This document shows positions 17,101-26,700 of a stretch of DNA of 64,000 nt, piece after piece. The DNA lies in IMG/VR virus record IMGVR_UViG_3300030376_004602, positions 1 through 64,000 of that record; one strand, 5' to 3'. This DNA comes from a virus (taxonomy: Duplodnaviria > Caudoviricetes). Both the position numbers and the translations under genes were made by a program. The first letter of the stretch is position 1; every line of letters begins with the position of its first letter. Below the pieces are notes generated by a model. The model was not told the origin of the DNA. It ran no database searches and saw only the letters and a program-made list of their open reading frames with translations.

Positions 17101-19914
17101 ATGTTGCCTAAGAATTACATGAAGCCTACCCAGTACAAGAAGGGAGGAAAACGCAAGAAGTCAAAAGGATCCGGTAAGCCTAAGCCTACCAATCCTTCTT
17201 TATGGTCTAGAGCTAAGTCAATGGCTAGACAAAAGTTTGATGTATACCCATCGGCATATGCCAACGCATGGGCAGCTAAATGGTACAAGTCAAAAGGCGG
17301 AGGCTGGAGAGGAGGCTCTAAGAAAAAGAAGGCAGAAGGCGGCTTTGTAGGTTTTGAAAAATTAGAGAACCCTCTTAATCAACAAATGCTTAATGGAGGG
17401 ACTATGGCACAAATGGATCCTTCTACTCAGATAATGAATCAAGCAATCATGGATAATCAGATGCTTGCTATGGGTGTTGATCCTGAAGATCCATACTATA
17501 ATAGACTTTATCAAGGAGGGGGATACAGGAATGTTATAATGGAACATGGGGGACCACACAGTAACCCAGGAGACTCATTAGCTTTTGAGCAATATCTTAA
17601 GCAAAGAGCAGAAGAGCAACTTAGAAATTATATAAGCCCAGTACGAACAGCTTCTAACTACACTCCAGACGCTATTCTAGAAGAACGAAGAGCTGAGGTA
17701 TCCAACCTTAAAGACCGAGGCAAGAAAATATCTGGTGTAGAATATCTAATGAAGGACGAAGAATTCCGTAATAGAATTAGGGAAGAGTATGAGAGCCAAA
17801 AACCTGCTGTTGGTAAGAAAATGATGAGAAGTAATAGAGAACTTAGAGAATTACCTCCAAACCAACAATATCTAAATGCACTTGTAGGAGCCTACCCAGC
17901 GCAACTAGCTGCAGGCGGTGAACTATTTGCTCCAGGAGGCAACAACGATAAGCTTACTCGTATTGATGCTGGCGGTACCCATGAAGAGAATCCTCTAGGA
18001 GGAGTACCTATGGGCCCTGATGCTTCAGTAGAAGAAAAAGAAACAATACAAAGAGGTATAGAACCAGGGACAGACTTTGTATTTTCTGAACGTCTACCTG
18101 AAGGAGGTATTACTCCAGAAATGGCACAGGATGAAGGGCTGCCTAAGTTTGTTATAGGTAAAAGTTTTGCAAAAGCATCTAAGATGGTTGAAGATAAATC
18201 ATCTAGATCTGGAGATATTCTTGACCGTAATACAAGAGAAGTAACTCTTGCAAGACTACGAGATGCTCAAGAAGAATATAAAGAAATGGAGTTCCAAAAT
18301 CAGCTATCTCAACTAGAGGATAAGTTCGGCAGACCTGCTATGCCTATGGAACAACCAGCTGGACAAGGTATGCAAATGCCAGGTATGGTACCAGCTTCTG
18401 AACAAGAAGCAATGTTGCAACAAATGCAAGCTAATCAAGGAATGGCTCCTCAGCCTTCTCCACAAGAGATGGCTATGATGCAACAAATGCAACAAGCAGG
18501 AATGGCAGGACAACAGCCTTCAATGCCTATGTACCATGGAGGTCCTCATATGTTTAACACACCTGCAGATGCAAATAGTTTACTAGCAGGTTTAGCACAA
18601 TTTCCTAGCAGCAACCCTAGTCAAGAAGATTACTCAAATTTAGCTAGAAACATATACGGAACTAATGATCTTAATACTCCTGGTCTTACTGATTTAGAAT
18701 TTGAAATGCAGTATGGAAATATGCTTAATAATATGCCTACTGCTGAAGTTGTAGCAGATACTTCTAGTCAAATAGACCCAGCAGCTATTCAACAAGCTCT
18801 TGCAGCAGGGATGAACTTAAACCCTATACAAGGTTCAGTTGTGGGAGAGACTATACCAGGAATGGGAACAGAAATGAATCTTGCAGCACTAGCTCCAGAA
18901 GTACCTGCTATAGCACCTACGCCTACTCCAGGCTTACAAGAAATGCCTGTGGGAGATACTTCTACTATGCCGACTATGGTCCAAGGAGATAACTTAAACT
19001 ATCAAGTAGGACCTGATGGATATCACTACTTTCCTAATGGCTTAATTGTAGATCCTACAACTGGGCAGCCTGTTTCAACTGGTCCAACCTATCCCCCACT
19101 AGATCCAATTACTTACGACTTCTCAGATGGGGTACAGGGTAATATAGATAATATAGTAGATGTACCTATGATAGATAGTGAAACTATAGACTACAATGCA
19201 GGTAACATGAGCATCTATACAGATCCTGAGACTGGAGAGCTAGTAGTTCCTAGCGGGTCTTTATCACAAGAAGAGTTTAGAGGTCTAATGGAAACAGCCA
19301 ATACTAAAGACGGTAAGACAGATCTAACTCTAGAAAAGTTTAACAACCCATACAGAGGTCAAATTTTATCTGATTCAGCTGCAAAGTTCCTACAAGGTAT
19401 TAAGGATATCAGAGAAAGAAAAGCAGCAGATTATATGCTGCACTCTGACTATGACCCAATGTTTTTCCCTATCGAAGAACAGAGAAAGGCAATATCTAAT
19501 ATGAGCGCTGCTACTAGAAAGCAACTATCTAGAAGAGTAAATAACCCAGCATTGTATCTAGCTATGGCAGGCACCATTAATGCTCAGGAGTCTGCAGATA
19601 CAGCTAAACTATTTGAGACTAAGTTCCAAGTAGAGGCAGCTGATAATGCTCGGATTAGAGATCTAATGAGACAAGATAGAGCAGCTAATGTTCAAATGAA
19701 GAGACTAGTCGATGAGCTCAACGAGAAGGATAAACAAGGTAAAGAACAACTTCTACTTGAAGCAGCTAACTCATTCTCTAATGCTTACTCAGGATTCTCT
19801 AAAGAAGAATTCTATGCATTTATGGGAGATCAATATCTAAAGAACGCTGATATACTTGCTCTAAATACACCAAATACAGCAGGCGGAACAGGGACAAAAA
19901 AACAAGGAAAATAA
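17101..19914 (+). CDS. virion cargo/internal protein with crAss-like GGTHEENPLGGV motif
   Basis: GGTHEENPLGGVPMG...ASVEEKETI...FVFSERL; N-terminal PSAYA basic module; M/Q/P-rich middle; coiled C-terminus. Confidence 0.7.
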   Translation: MLPKNYMKPTQYKKGGKRKKSKGSGKPKPTNPSLWSRAKSMARQKFDVYPSAYANAWAAKWYKSKGGGWRGGSKKKKAEGGFVGFEKLENPLNQQMLNGGTMAQMDPSTQIMNQAIMDNQMLAMGVDPEDPYYNRLYQGGGYRNVIMEHGGPHSNPGDSLAFEQYLKQRAEEQLRNYISPVRTASNYTPDAILEERRAEVSNLKDRGKKISGVEYLMKDEEFRNRIREEYESQKPAVGKKMMRSNRELRELPPNQQYLNALVGAYPAQLAAGGELFAPGGNNDKLTRIDAGGTHEENPLGGVPMGPDASVEEKETIQRGIEPGTDFVFSERLPEGGITPEMAQDEGLPKFVIGKSFAKASKMVEDKSSRSGDILDRNTREVTLARLRDAQEEYKEMEFQNQLSQLEDKFGRPAMPMEQPAGQGMQMPGMVPASEQEAMLQQMQANQGMAPQPSPQEMAMMQQMQQAGMAGQQPSMPMYHGGPHMFNTPADANSLLAGLAQFPSSNPSQEDYSNLARNIYGTNDLNTPGLTDLEFEMQYGNMLNNMPTAEVVADTSSQIDPAAIQQALAAGMNLNPIQGSVVGETIPGMGTEMNLAALAPEVPAIAPTPTPGLQEMPVGDTSTMPTMVQGDNLNYQVGPDGYHYFPNGLIVDPTTGQPVSTGPTYPPLDPITYDFSDGVQGNIDNIVDVPMIDSETIDYNAGNMSIYTDPETGELVVPSGSLSQEEFRGLMETANTKDGKTDLTLEKFNNPYRGQILSDSAAKFLQGIKDIRERKAADYMLHSDYDPMFFPIEEQRKAISNMSAATRKQLSRRVNNPALYLAMAGTINAQESADTAKLFETKFQVEAADNARIRDLMRQDRAANVQMKRLVDELNEKDKQGKEQLLLEAANSFSNAYSGFSKEEFYAFMGDQYLKNADILALNTPNTAGGTGTKKQGK

Positions 19915-19917
19915 CCA

Positions 19918-22900
19918 ATGGCACAGTATATACAGACACCAGATTTTAGCTACGAGCCTATGCCTATGGAGGCATATATGCAGATGGCAAAAGAAGTAGC
20001 AGCAGGATACGCTGAAGGTATTAACTCAGCTAATGCATACCTAGCATCGTTGCCTATTGCTACGGGGGCACTTGATGATCCTAATGGGGATAGAGCTGCT
20101 CAGTTTAGAGACCAGTACGGTTCTGAAGTAGAAGATGCTATCCAGTTGTATATGGACACTAAAGACAAAAGAAGTCTTGCTAGTGCCCTAACCAACGTTA
20201 CTAGAAAAATGCAATCTGATGAACAGCTCTTGGTACATAACTATTTGGCAGCTAGCTCAGAAGATATTCTTAAAAGGCATCAAGACAATCCTAATGGGTG
20301 GTTTGGATATACTTTAGATAATAGCGCTGACATAACAAAAAAGGACGAAAACGGAAACATAGTATCAAACCTTGTCTTACCTTCTGAAGGGGGAGGTCTT
20401 GGAGCTGCTAAAAGTCTCTATGGTAACTACTTATCTGGTTATGATATTGCTCAAGATACTTCTTGGATAGATAAGTTTGGAACTAGTGCTGTTAAGTTTA
20501 TAAATGAAGCTACTAGAACCTTTAACCCAGAAACAGGTAAGTATGAGTTTACTTTTCAAGAAAAGAAGTATTCCAATATTATGGATTACTTTAAAGGTAA
20601 TCCCTCTAATGAGTTTATGGAATCTGCTAGAACTCTATACAATAGCCAATCTAATGCTATGACTAGGGCTTACAGAGGTAAGTATGGATATGAAGAAGGT
20701 CTAAATAAATTTATTGAAGACTCATTTTCTTACAGACTTCCTATGGAATACAGTAGAGGTATGGGTTATGATGAAACAACACCTGGTCAGTATGCTAATA
20801 CAACAGGACAAACACAAACTCCTACAACTGAACTATATTCAGCAGATGTACTTGCTAATGTTTTCGGAGATTTTGGAGACGCCCTAAGCCCAGCTGCAAG
20901 AACACTTGTAGATGAAACATTAAAAGAAGCAAGAAGAAGAGAAAGAGAAACAGGAAAATCTCTTAGAGATATTGCTATGGAGGACGCTGAGTTTGGAAGA
21001 AGGCTAACAGAAGCACAACAAGCTTTAATGGCTGAACAAATTAGAGTAAATTATGATCAATCTGTAGAAGGCGGAAAACTTAAACAAGAATATACTCAAA
21101 ATATAACAAACTATTTTGATATAGATAAAACAGGAATTTGGCAACATGCTCAGGATTATGGAATTGATGCAGAACAACTCATAGAGTTTGATAGCAGATT
21201 TGAAATTCCGTTTATAAATCAAGATGTTAATGGTATAGGAGTTCCAAAGCCTATTGGTATGAGCATGGTAGACGGAAAATATCAAGTTTTGACAGATGAG
21301 GGAAAAAGAATAGCAAACGAAGTATCTATTCTTGGGAAAGGCTCTCAGTTGGCAGCTATGTTTTTTGGAGAGGATTTTCAAGTAACAAACGCTAACAAGT
21401 ATTCACAGAATGCAACATATTTACGGAACCTAGGTAGAACTCCTGGAGATTCTCCGCTACTTCCTACAAGAGAAGTAACAGTAGATGGTTTATTTACAGA
21501 AGGTATTTTAGATCCTGATAACCAAAAGGATAGGAATATGTATAACTTTCTTAAAGACCTACCCTCTCTCACAGTAAATAACGATGTTAGTGCGTATGAG
21601 GCTATGGCAGATAATTTTGATGAAGGTGTTTCAAATAAAACTCTTAAAACTCAAAAACGAGATATTTTTGAGGGAACCCCTAATCCCCTGTACTCTTTAT
21701 CTTTAGGTATAGCGCCTAGTGATGAAAGATTTTACAATGCTGGGCTTTACTTTGATGCTTTACTAGAACAAACAAAAATAACAGGTCTAAAAGCTACTGA
21801 CTATACTGAAAAACTAGCTGACTATATGAGATCCGGCAATGTAGCATCAGGAGAAACTCTTGTAACAGCAAATGCACAATATCAAAAAACACTAGATGAA
21901 ACAGAGGGAGTACAACTTGCTAAGGATTTATATGAAGCATCTACAGATAAAGATGCAGTATTCTTTTCACAGTATGACGTCTATAGACTTGATGATACAG
22001 ATGCAGAAGCAACCCCTTTTAGTAGATATAAGCAAAGTAAAATTGCTCCAGGTGATGACATTTTAAAGGAAGCACTAGACGATAAAGGAAGATCACAAGT
22101 ACGAATAAATGGATATTCTATTCCTAGCAGTGACAAACTAAGAGGCGGCATAAAAGCTACTATAGGCACTACCCCTATATTAGTAATTCCTAAAAACTCT
22201 GGACAGCCAGATAAATACACAGACTGGTTAAACAAAGGTCAAACTAGCTTAACAGGACCGAAAGTATATCCACAGGTTTTTTCCGGTCCTTTTGCAGGCA
22301 TAAGCGGGAGAGATGTGCTAGCTTACTCTGACTTTCATAATGTTATAGTAGAAACAGGAGTAATAGGATTTGGCTCGCCTAATAAGGGTGGATTTGACTC
22401 TAGACTTGCTAAAACCATAGCAGCGTCCCCTAATCTAGATAGCTCAGGAAAAAAACTAATTGATGGCAGAAATAATACTGCTCTTGAAAATGCAATACCT
22501 GTATCAGACCTGGACGATAGTGATCTTATATCTATACTTAACGAAGGAACAGCTGTAGGACAATCTGCTACTATATCTTTAAATTTAGGTTATGGGTATA
22601 GAAAAGAGGACGAGTCTATTTTTTCTTGGGACGATTACTTCGAAGGGTTTGATCAAAATAACTTTATTAGTTTAAGAGAGGCTGATGCTATTGCCCAGTC
22701 CCAACAAATTACTGATGATGTAGAAATAGGAAAAATAGCTGAGCTTATGAGTAAGGTTCAGACAAATCTAAAAACTAAACAAGGAGAAGACGGAAACTCA
22801 TACTCTGTAATTAAAGGTAAAGACTTTATAGATATGTATGAAGAGGTTGTAGGTAAGGAACCTGATTTTAGTCAACAAGTTAGATTTACAGATGCTAATG

Positions 22901-22962
22901 ATGCCATATTGATGTACGGTCTAAAGGTAGATCAATATAGGGGACCAGAGTCGGGAAATTAA
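19918..22962 (+). CDS. virion cargo (ejection) protein, 1014 aa; probable -1 frameshift extension
   Basis: Position directly before the vRNAP; ends in G_GGA_AAT followed by TAA. Confidence 0.75.
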   Translation: MAQYIQTPDFSYEPMPMEAYMQMAKEVAAGYAEGINSANAYLASLPIATGALDDPNGDRAAQFRDQYGSEVEDAIQLYMDTKDKRSLASALTNVTRKMQSDEQLLVHNYLAASSEDILKRHQDNPNGWFGYTLDNSADITKKDENGNIVSNLVLPSEGGGLGAAKSLYGNYLSGYDIAQDTSWIDKFGTSAVKFINEATRTFNPETGKYEFTFQEKKYSNIMDYFKGNPSNEFMESARTLYNSQSNAMTRAYRGKYGYEEGLNKFIEDSFSYRLPMEYSRGMGYDETTPGQYANTTGQTQTPTTELYSADVLANVFGDFGDALSPAARTLVDETLKEARRRERETGKSLRDIAMEDAEFGRRLTEAQQALMAEQIRVNYDQSVEGGKLKQEYTQNITNYFDIDKTGIWQHAQDYGIDAEQLIEFDSRFEIPFINQDVNGIGVPKPIGMSMVDGKYQVLTDEGKRIANEVSILGKGSQLAAMFFGEDFQVTNANKYSQNATYLRNLGRTPGDSPLLPTREVTVDGLFTEGILDPDNQKDRNMYNFLKDLPSLTVNNDVSAYEAMADNFDEGVSNKTLKTQKRDIFEGTPNPLYSLSLGIAPSDERFYNAGLYFDALLEQTKITGLKATDYTEKLADYMRSGNVASGETLVTANAQYQKTLDETEGVQLAKDLYEASTDKDAVFFSQYDVYRLDDTDAEATPFSRYKQSKIAPGDDILKEALDDKGRSQVRINGYSIPSSDKLRGGIKATIGTTPILVIPKNSGQPDKYTDWLNKGQTSLTGPKVYPQVFSGPFAGISGRDVLAYSDFHNVIVETGVIGFGSPNKGGFDSRLAKTIAASPNLDSSGKKLIDGRNNTALENAIPVSDLDDSDLISILNEGTAVGQSATISLNLGYGYRKEDESIFSWDDYFEGFDQNNFISLREADAIAQSQQITDDVEIGKIAELMSKVQTNLKTKQGEDGNSYSVIKGKDFIDMYEEVVGKEPDFSQQVRFTDANDAILMYGLKVDQYRGPESGN

Positions 22963-22995
22963 CGGCGGAGACTGAAGAGACAACAGAATCCGCTG
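22953..22995 (+). other. candidate programmed -1 ribosomal frameshift signal (slippery heptamer plus stem-loop)
   Basis: G GGA AAT at 22953-22959 in the X XXY YYZ register; CGGCGGA (22963-69) pairs with TCCGCTG (22989-95); the -1 frame is open to 23759. Confidence 0.7.
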
Positions 22996-23759
22996 AGCCT
23001 ACACCAGTCTCAGAGCCAGAACCAGAGCCTACTATACCAGAGGTGCCGGCTGTAGAAGAAGTAGTTATACCTGTAGAAGAAGCTATAGAAACAGCTGAAG
23101 AAGTAGTACAAGCAGTTCAAGAAGATTCAAACCCTGCAACTAATGAAGAAGTAGCAGCAGAAGTATTAGAAACTACTCCAGAGCTGCTTACTAATCCTAT
23201 ATCAGCTAGCCTTGACTTCTTAGGCATTACAGAAACAGATCCTACTCAGTATGATACAATAGCAAGCTTTTATCAGTCAGCCATTTCAGATACTACTCTC
23301 TTAGCAAAGACTAAGAAAAAACTTGCAACTGAAGTTGCCTGGTGCGCTGCTTTTGCTAACTATATTCTTAATGATGTAGGTATAGAAACTAAGCAAATGC
23401 TTGAAGATTATGATACTAAATATGCAAGAGTAAGGGCTAAAAACTTTATAGATTTAGGAACTCCTGTATATAACTCTTCTAAGAATACTAAAAAAGATTT
23501 GCAGTCTGCTAAGATTGGGAGCCTTGTAGTTAAAAAAGGAGAAGAGGGGTACCACGTAGGATTCTTTGCAGGTATCAATCCAGATAACGAGGATGAAGTT
23601 CTTATACTAGGCGGTAACCAAAACGATGAAGTAAATGTTACAACCTATCCTCTCAAGCAAATTGTAACTATAAACAGCTTAGAAAATGTTCAAGAAGCAG
23701 ACTCTAAGGTAGTTGAAAAAATCAGTAAAGATATTAAAGAAAGCGGCGCTACTAGATAA
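22959..23759 (+). CDS. NlpC/P60-like (TIGR02594-type) peptidoglycan hydrolase domain with E/P/T-rich linker; likely a frameshift extension of 19918..22962
   Basis: AWCAAF (Cys 23343), GYHVGFF (His 23553), LGGNQNDEV; no in-frame ATG before the catalytic Cys; the track start at 23043 is GTG. Confidence 0.8.
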   Translation, partial: LTAETEETTESAEPTPVSEPEPEPTIPEVPAVEEVVIPVEEAIETAEEVVQAVQEDSNPATNEEVAAEVLETTPELLTNPISASLDFLGITETDPTQYDTIASFYQSAISDTTLLAKTKKKLATEVAWCAAFANYILNDVGIETKQMLEDYDTKYARVRAKNFIDLGTPVYNSSKNTKKDLQSAKIGSLVVKKGEEGYHVGFFAGINPDNEDEVLILGGNQNDEVNVTTYPLKQIVTINSLENVQEADSKVVEKISKDIKESGATR

Positions 23760-23763
23760 ATCT

Positions 23764-23772
23764 TATCTTTGC
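23764..23772 (+). promoter_or_regulatory. Bacteroidota -7 element TATCTTTGC upstream of the vRNAP gene
   Basis: Matches TAnnTTTG(Y) inside the 29-nt intergenic gap, 16 nt before ATG 23789. Confidence 0.6.
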
Positions 23773-23788
23773 ATAATATAATTTTCCC

Positions 23789-26700
23789 ATGGCTAAGAAA
23801 AAAAAGACTCCTCCACCAATAACTTCTTTAGATAATAGCAGAGGGTACTCTGGCAGATTACATGCAGGAACCTTTTCAGGAGCTACTAGAGATGCTACAA
23901 GTCTTTTTGGAAATGCTGTATTTGCTGAAACTCTTAAGGGCCTTCAAGAAAATGCCGAGTCTAGATCTAATGACTATAAGATCCTTAGACAACAGGCTGC
24001 TAATGAACAAGGTGGATTTGAAAAGTTTGGAACTGCTTTAGTATCAGGAGTATCAAAAGGCCTTGTTAATGGTGTAAATGGAATTGTTTCTCTTGTACCC
24101 TACCCAGATGATGTATCTGCAGAAGGACTGCAAAACTGGAACTGGGATATTATGTCAGATGATTTTTCTGACAGATCTATGTTGTCTAATTATTTAGATG
24201 AAGGCTCTAAGGCTATAGGACTACAAATGCCTATATATGACGAAAATCCCTATAACTTCTATGCAGGTATGGACGCAGGTCTTACAAGTATTGGAGAGTT
24301 TGCTATTCCCGGTAAAATTATTAGTAAGGGAGTAGGTCTTGCTGCTAAAACAGTAGGAAGAGCACTTAGGGGAGTTGGTAGAGGTGTAAGAGGAGCTACT
24401 TCGTTAGGCAGAATGTCTACTAGATCTAGACTTGCAAAGTTTGGAGCTAGGACAGATGACTTTCTAACTAGGATGTCTATGAGTCCTAAAAATCAAGCTT
24501 TTCTACAAACCGGTGCTTCTGGTTTTGCTATGAATAGATTTGAGGGTACTGTTATGGGCCACCAGGTTTATGAAGAAACAATGCAAGAGCTAGCACCTGC
24601 AGTAGCAGCTGGCCAGCTTACAGAAGAAGAAGCTCAAAGCTATGCCAACCAAGCAGCATTATCTGTAAGAAATAAGAATGCTGGAATGATGATGACCGAC
24701 ATGTTTGCTATGTATGGCATCTTTAAGGCTAAAGGTATGACTAGGAATCTTCTTACTAAACCTGGTTTTACTTCTGCTGTTAAAAATAATCTTCTTAGTG
24801 CAAAAGCTTGGAATCCTCTTAAGAAAGCTGCAGCTACTAATCCTTTTTATCAAGCACTAGTAGAAGGTGGAGAAGAGATTATTCAAAGTAATATTCAAAA
24901 GCAATCTCAATATGATGCTTTAAAAGGAGCTGAAGCTTTAGCAGCATCTAGAGTAGGTAAAGAAGAAGAACTTGTATATGTTCCTGACTCAGACTCTTAC
25001 TACGAAAGATTAAAAGATAATCTATTTAGTAAGGATGCTGCTTTTGAAGGCGCTATTGGGTTCTTTTCCGGTCCTATACAAAGTGTTGCCCTTGAGCAAG
25101 GTATGGGCATAAAGCCTCTACTAGATAATCGTAAGTATAAAAATTACACTAAGGAAATTAATGCTCTGCAACAGAGTATTAAACCTGGAGGATCTGTAAC
25201 AGGATTAGCAAAAAAATTAAAAGTCCAGGAGCAGATTGAAGACCTTAAACTAAAGCGAGCACAAGAAACATCTAAAGGAGCATACGAAGAGCAGCAAAGA
25301 GTTATAGGCGAAGTTAAAGCTGATGTTAAAAATGCTCTGAAAGAAACTGTAAACATGGAGGACCTTATAGAAGAGGTTCAGGAAAAAGGAGTTGAAGGGG
25401 TAGAAGAGTTGCTAGAAGGAACTGCATTTGTAAATACTGCAGTAAAACATTTTCAGAATGGTACTACAGAAAATCTAGAACGTATGTTAAAAGACCTTGC
25501 AGAAGGCAAGGGAGACCCAGCTACGTTTGGAGAAAACACTCAGCAGAAAGCAGCTGATCTTTTAACTGAAATGTTAGAAATGGAGAAGCAATGGCTGCGT
25601 TACCATGACTTTGAAAACAAAGCATCTATTTTTGCAGCAATTCAGAATGAAAAAGAGATTGATAAAGCTATTAATCGTACACAGTCTCAGAAAGAAAATG
25701 CTCAAGCTAAAATTCTTACTCAGCTAAACGAGTATGCGCCTAGTAATAACTATGGTTTTGATGAGAATGGTAACCTTACTATTACCCCAAAGTCTGAAGA
25801 AGAGAAAAAGTTAGACGATGACCTACCCGGTCAACAAACATCTTTGTTTCCAACAAACGATGAAGTCCGTGCATTTTATGAAAGAATGCCAGAAAAAAAG
25901 GAACTGGATGAGGTTAACCAAACTCAAAACACTTTTAGAGAGGTTAAAGGCGAAGTATCAAAGTTCCTCAATAATATTGCTTCAGGCAAAGGACAGAGAG
26001 CTGCTAAGAAGCTTAGAAAGCAAAGAGAAAAAGCTGCAAGAAGAGCTGCAAAAAGAATTATGGCTACTAATAAGGTTGAGGCTGGAGAAAAAACTAAAGC
26101 CAAAACTAATTCTGAAAAGTCTGCTATATCTAACGCTCAAGCTAAGGTAAATTCTGACTCTAAGATTGTAGTAAAAAAAGTAAAGCCTAAGGCTCCTACA
26201 GCCCCACCGCCGCCTACTTCTGCTGAAAAGAAGTCAAAAGAAGAAAAAGAAATAGAAAAAGGGAAAGCTGCAGAAACAAACAGGAGAACTACTGCTAAAA
26301 ATGGCGAACCTCTAAAATCAGTTTTTGCAAAGGCAATAGCAAAAGCTGCAGCAAAGTCTAAAGAAAAAGAGCCTGTAAATGATGATAGTGCTTCCGAGGG
26401 GGAAAATTTTACAAAGTCTACAGAAAATAAATCTTCTCATATTCAAGGTAGAACAGACGGTGTTACTAATGATTCTGAAAATGCTTTCTGGACTCTTTCT
26501 GATCCTAGTCTTACAGCTGAAGGAGATGTAATAACTTTTCAGGTAGAGGACCAAAATATTGGGGCTGCAAATGACCCGACTAGCCCTACAAGAGGTCTTA
26601 AAGTAATTGATGTAAAAGGTCGTAAAAAAGAAATAGCAAAGCACGAAAACTCTACGTACGGATCTAATATTTCTGAGGACCAAGCTGCAGATGATGCCGA

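Noticed and set aside
23043-23759. Independent 238-aa gene starting at GTG 23043
   Set aside because: The frame is open about 100 nt further upstream with the same E/P-rich linker composition and meets a slippery site; kept only as the alternative to the frameshift model.
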